Source: Methanothermobacter thermautotrophicus str. Delta H
GTDB lineage: Archaea; Methanobacteriota; Methanobacteria; Methanobacteriales; Methanothermobacteraceae
Length of the DNA stretch: 32,000 nt
NCBI RefSeq assembly: GCF_000008645.1
Contig: NC_000916.1
Span: 1,020,001-1,052,000, forward strand
Direction of reading: 5' to 3'
Shown: in pieces, positions 31,355-32,000 of the stretch
Layout of the letters: every line of letters starts with the position of its first letter
How positions within the stretch are numbered: position 1 is the stretch's first letter
Notes under the pieces: model-generated
Told to the model about the DNA's origin: nothing
Seen by the model: only the letters and a program-made list of their open reading frames with translations
The model's database searches: none
Made by a program: the position numbers and the translations under genes

Positions 31355-31400
31355 ACCATCACCTTAGAATTCCACTATCTTTGGCTCGAAAATCACCATC
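31325..31400 (-). repeat. Imperfect tandem duplication (period 42) of the flpD start region
   Basis: gaatcccactatctttggttcgaaactcataccatc (31325-31360) versus gaattccactatctttggctcgaaaatcaccatc (31367-31400). Confidence 0.85.
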
Positions 31401-31405
31401 AAACT

Positions 31406-32000
31406 CTAATCCTTCTCTCCACTGTACATTGGCGGTAGCTCTTCACTCACACCTGCTGTGAAACCTGTTCTGTCACGGTATTTCCTCTGTATTCTGTGGT
31501 AGATCCTTGCTAGGGGGATGTCCATGGGGCATACATCTTCGCACTGTCCGCAGTTGATGCAGCTGAAGCCCATATGGGACAGTCTCACACCCTGGAATGT
31601 CAGGGGGTCGGGGGCTTTTTCATCTGACTCCAGGAGGTAATCCTTCTCAAGTTCGCATTCCCTGCAGAAACATATTGGGCACAGATCCCTGCATGCGAAG
31701 CAGTTGATGCAGCGTTTCCAGTATTCATCCCAATCATCCAGGGAAGGGTACTCATCCTCCAGATACTTGTCCTGGAACTTCCTGGCCATCTTAATCATGG
31801 CATTTTCAATTTTCTCCCTGATCTCTATCATCTTCATTGGTGGCTCTTTGACCTCGAGGTAGCCCTCCCTGCGGGCTCCCTCGATGATTTCCTCGCCCCG
31901 ATCTGTGTTGACCTCGATGAAGGTCCATCCCTCCTCTGCACCCCAGTTTCCGCAGGCAATGTCTGCATTCCTGGGCACCATCAGCTCGCATCTCTGGCAG
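31406..32000 (-). CDS. flpB: Formate dehydrogenase beta-subunit-like protein FlpB, partial (runs off the window)
   Basis: CQRCELMVPRNADIACGNWG... and CINCFACRDLCPICFCRECELE, CINCGQCEDVCPMDIPLARI as in FdhB/FrhB-like proteins; the frame stays open upstream of the track Met at 31981. Confidence 0.82.
   Translation of the reverse strand, partial: CQRCELMVPRNADIACGNWGAEEGWTFIEVNTDRGEEIIEGARREGYLEVKEPPMKMIEIREKIENAMIKMARKFQDKYLEDEYPSLDDWDEYWKRCINCFACRDLCPICFCRECELEKDYLLESDEKAPDPLTFQGVRLSHMGFSCINCGQCEDVCPMDIPLARIYHRIQRKYRDRTGFTAGVSEELPPMYSGEKD

Overview
This 32 kb window reads as a core-genome segment of a thermophilic hydrogenotrophic methanogen of the Methanothermobacter thermautotrophicus type. 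This assignment comes from recognised protein families and gene order; no database search was run. Left part: pyruvate carboxylase B, LarC-like and QueC, a PII-like protein, CobZ-like and CobS, Trm56, Upp, a frameshifted fumarase beta-like gene, MfnA, and PEP synthase with a shattered 3' end. Middle part: ribosomal protein uL16/L10e, a CooC-like ATPase, Pcc1, the atypical SerRS, a zinc-finger membrane protein, a frameshifted histidine kinase, an FKBP-type PPIase, a nucleotidyltransferase, PyrC and a CooT-like protein. Right part: the mrtBDGA operon (methyl-coenzyme M reductase II), the mvhDGAB operon (F420-non-reducing [NiFe]-hydrogenase), and the flp A/D/B cluster, with flpB running off the right edge. 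I found no CRISPR array, transposon, tRNA, rRNA or phage. No convincing new multi-gene system is present. The signals most worth a second look are: (1) short tandem duplications at gene boundaries. Two of them, upstream of pyrC and of flpD, duplicate the translation start region and create mini-ORFs just ahead of the real gene; (2) a perfect 14-nt inverted repeat upstream of mrtB made of two TTATTAATAA palindromes 21 bp apart; (3) three loci whose conserved C-termini are only readable by changing frame; (4) nickel-handling genes dispersed among nickel-enzyme operons.
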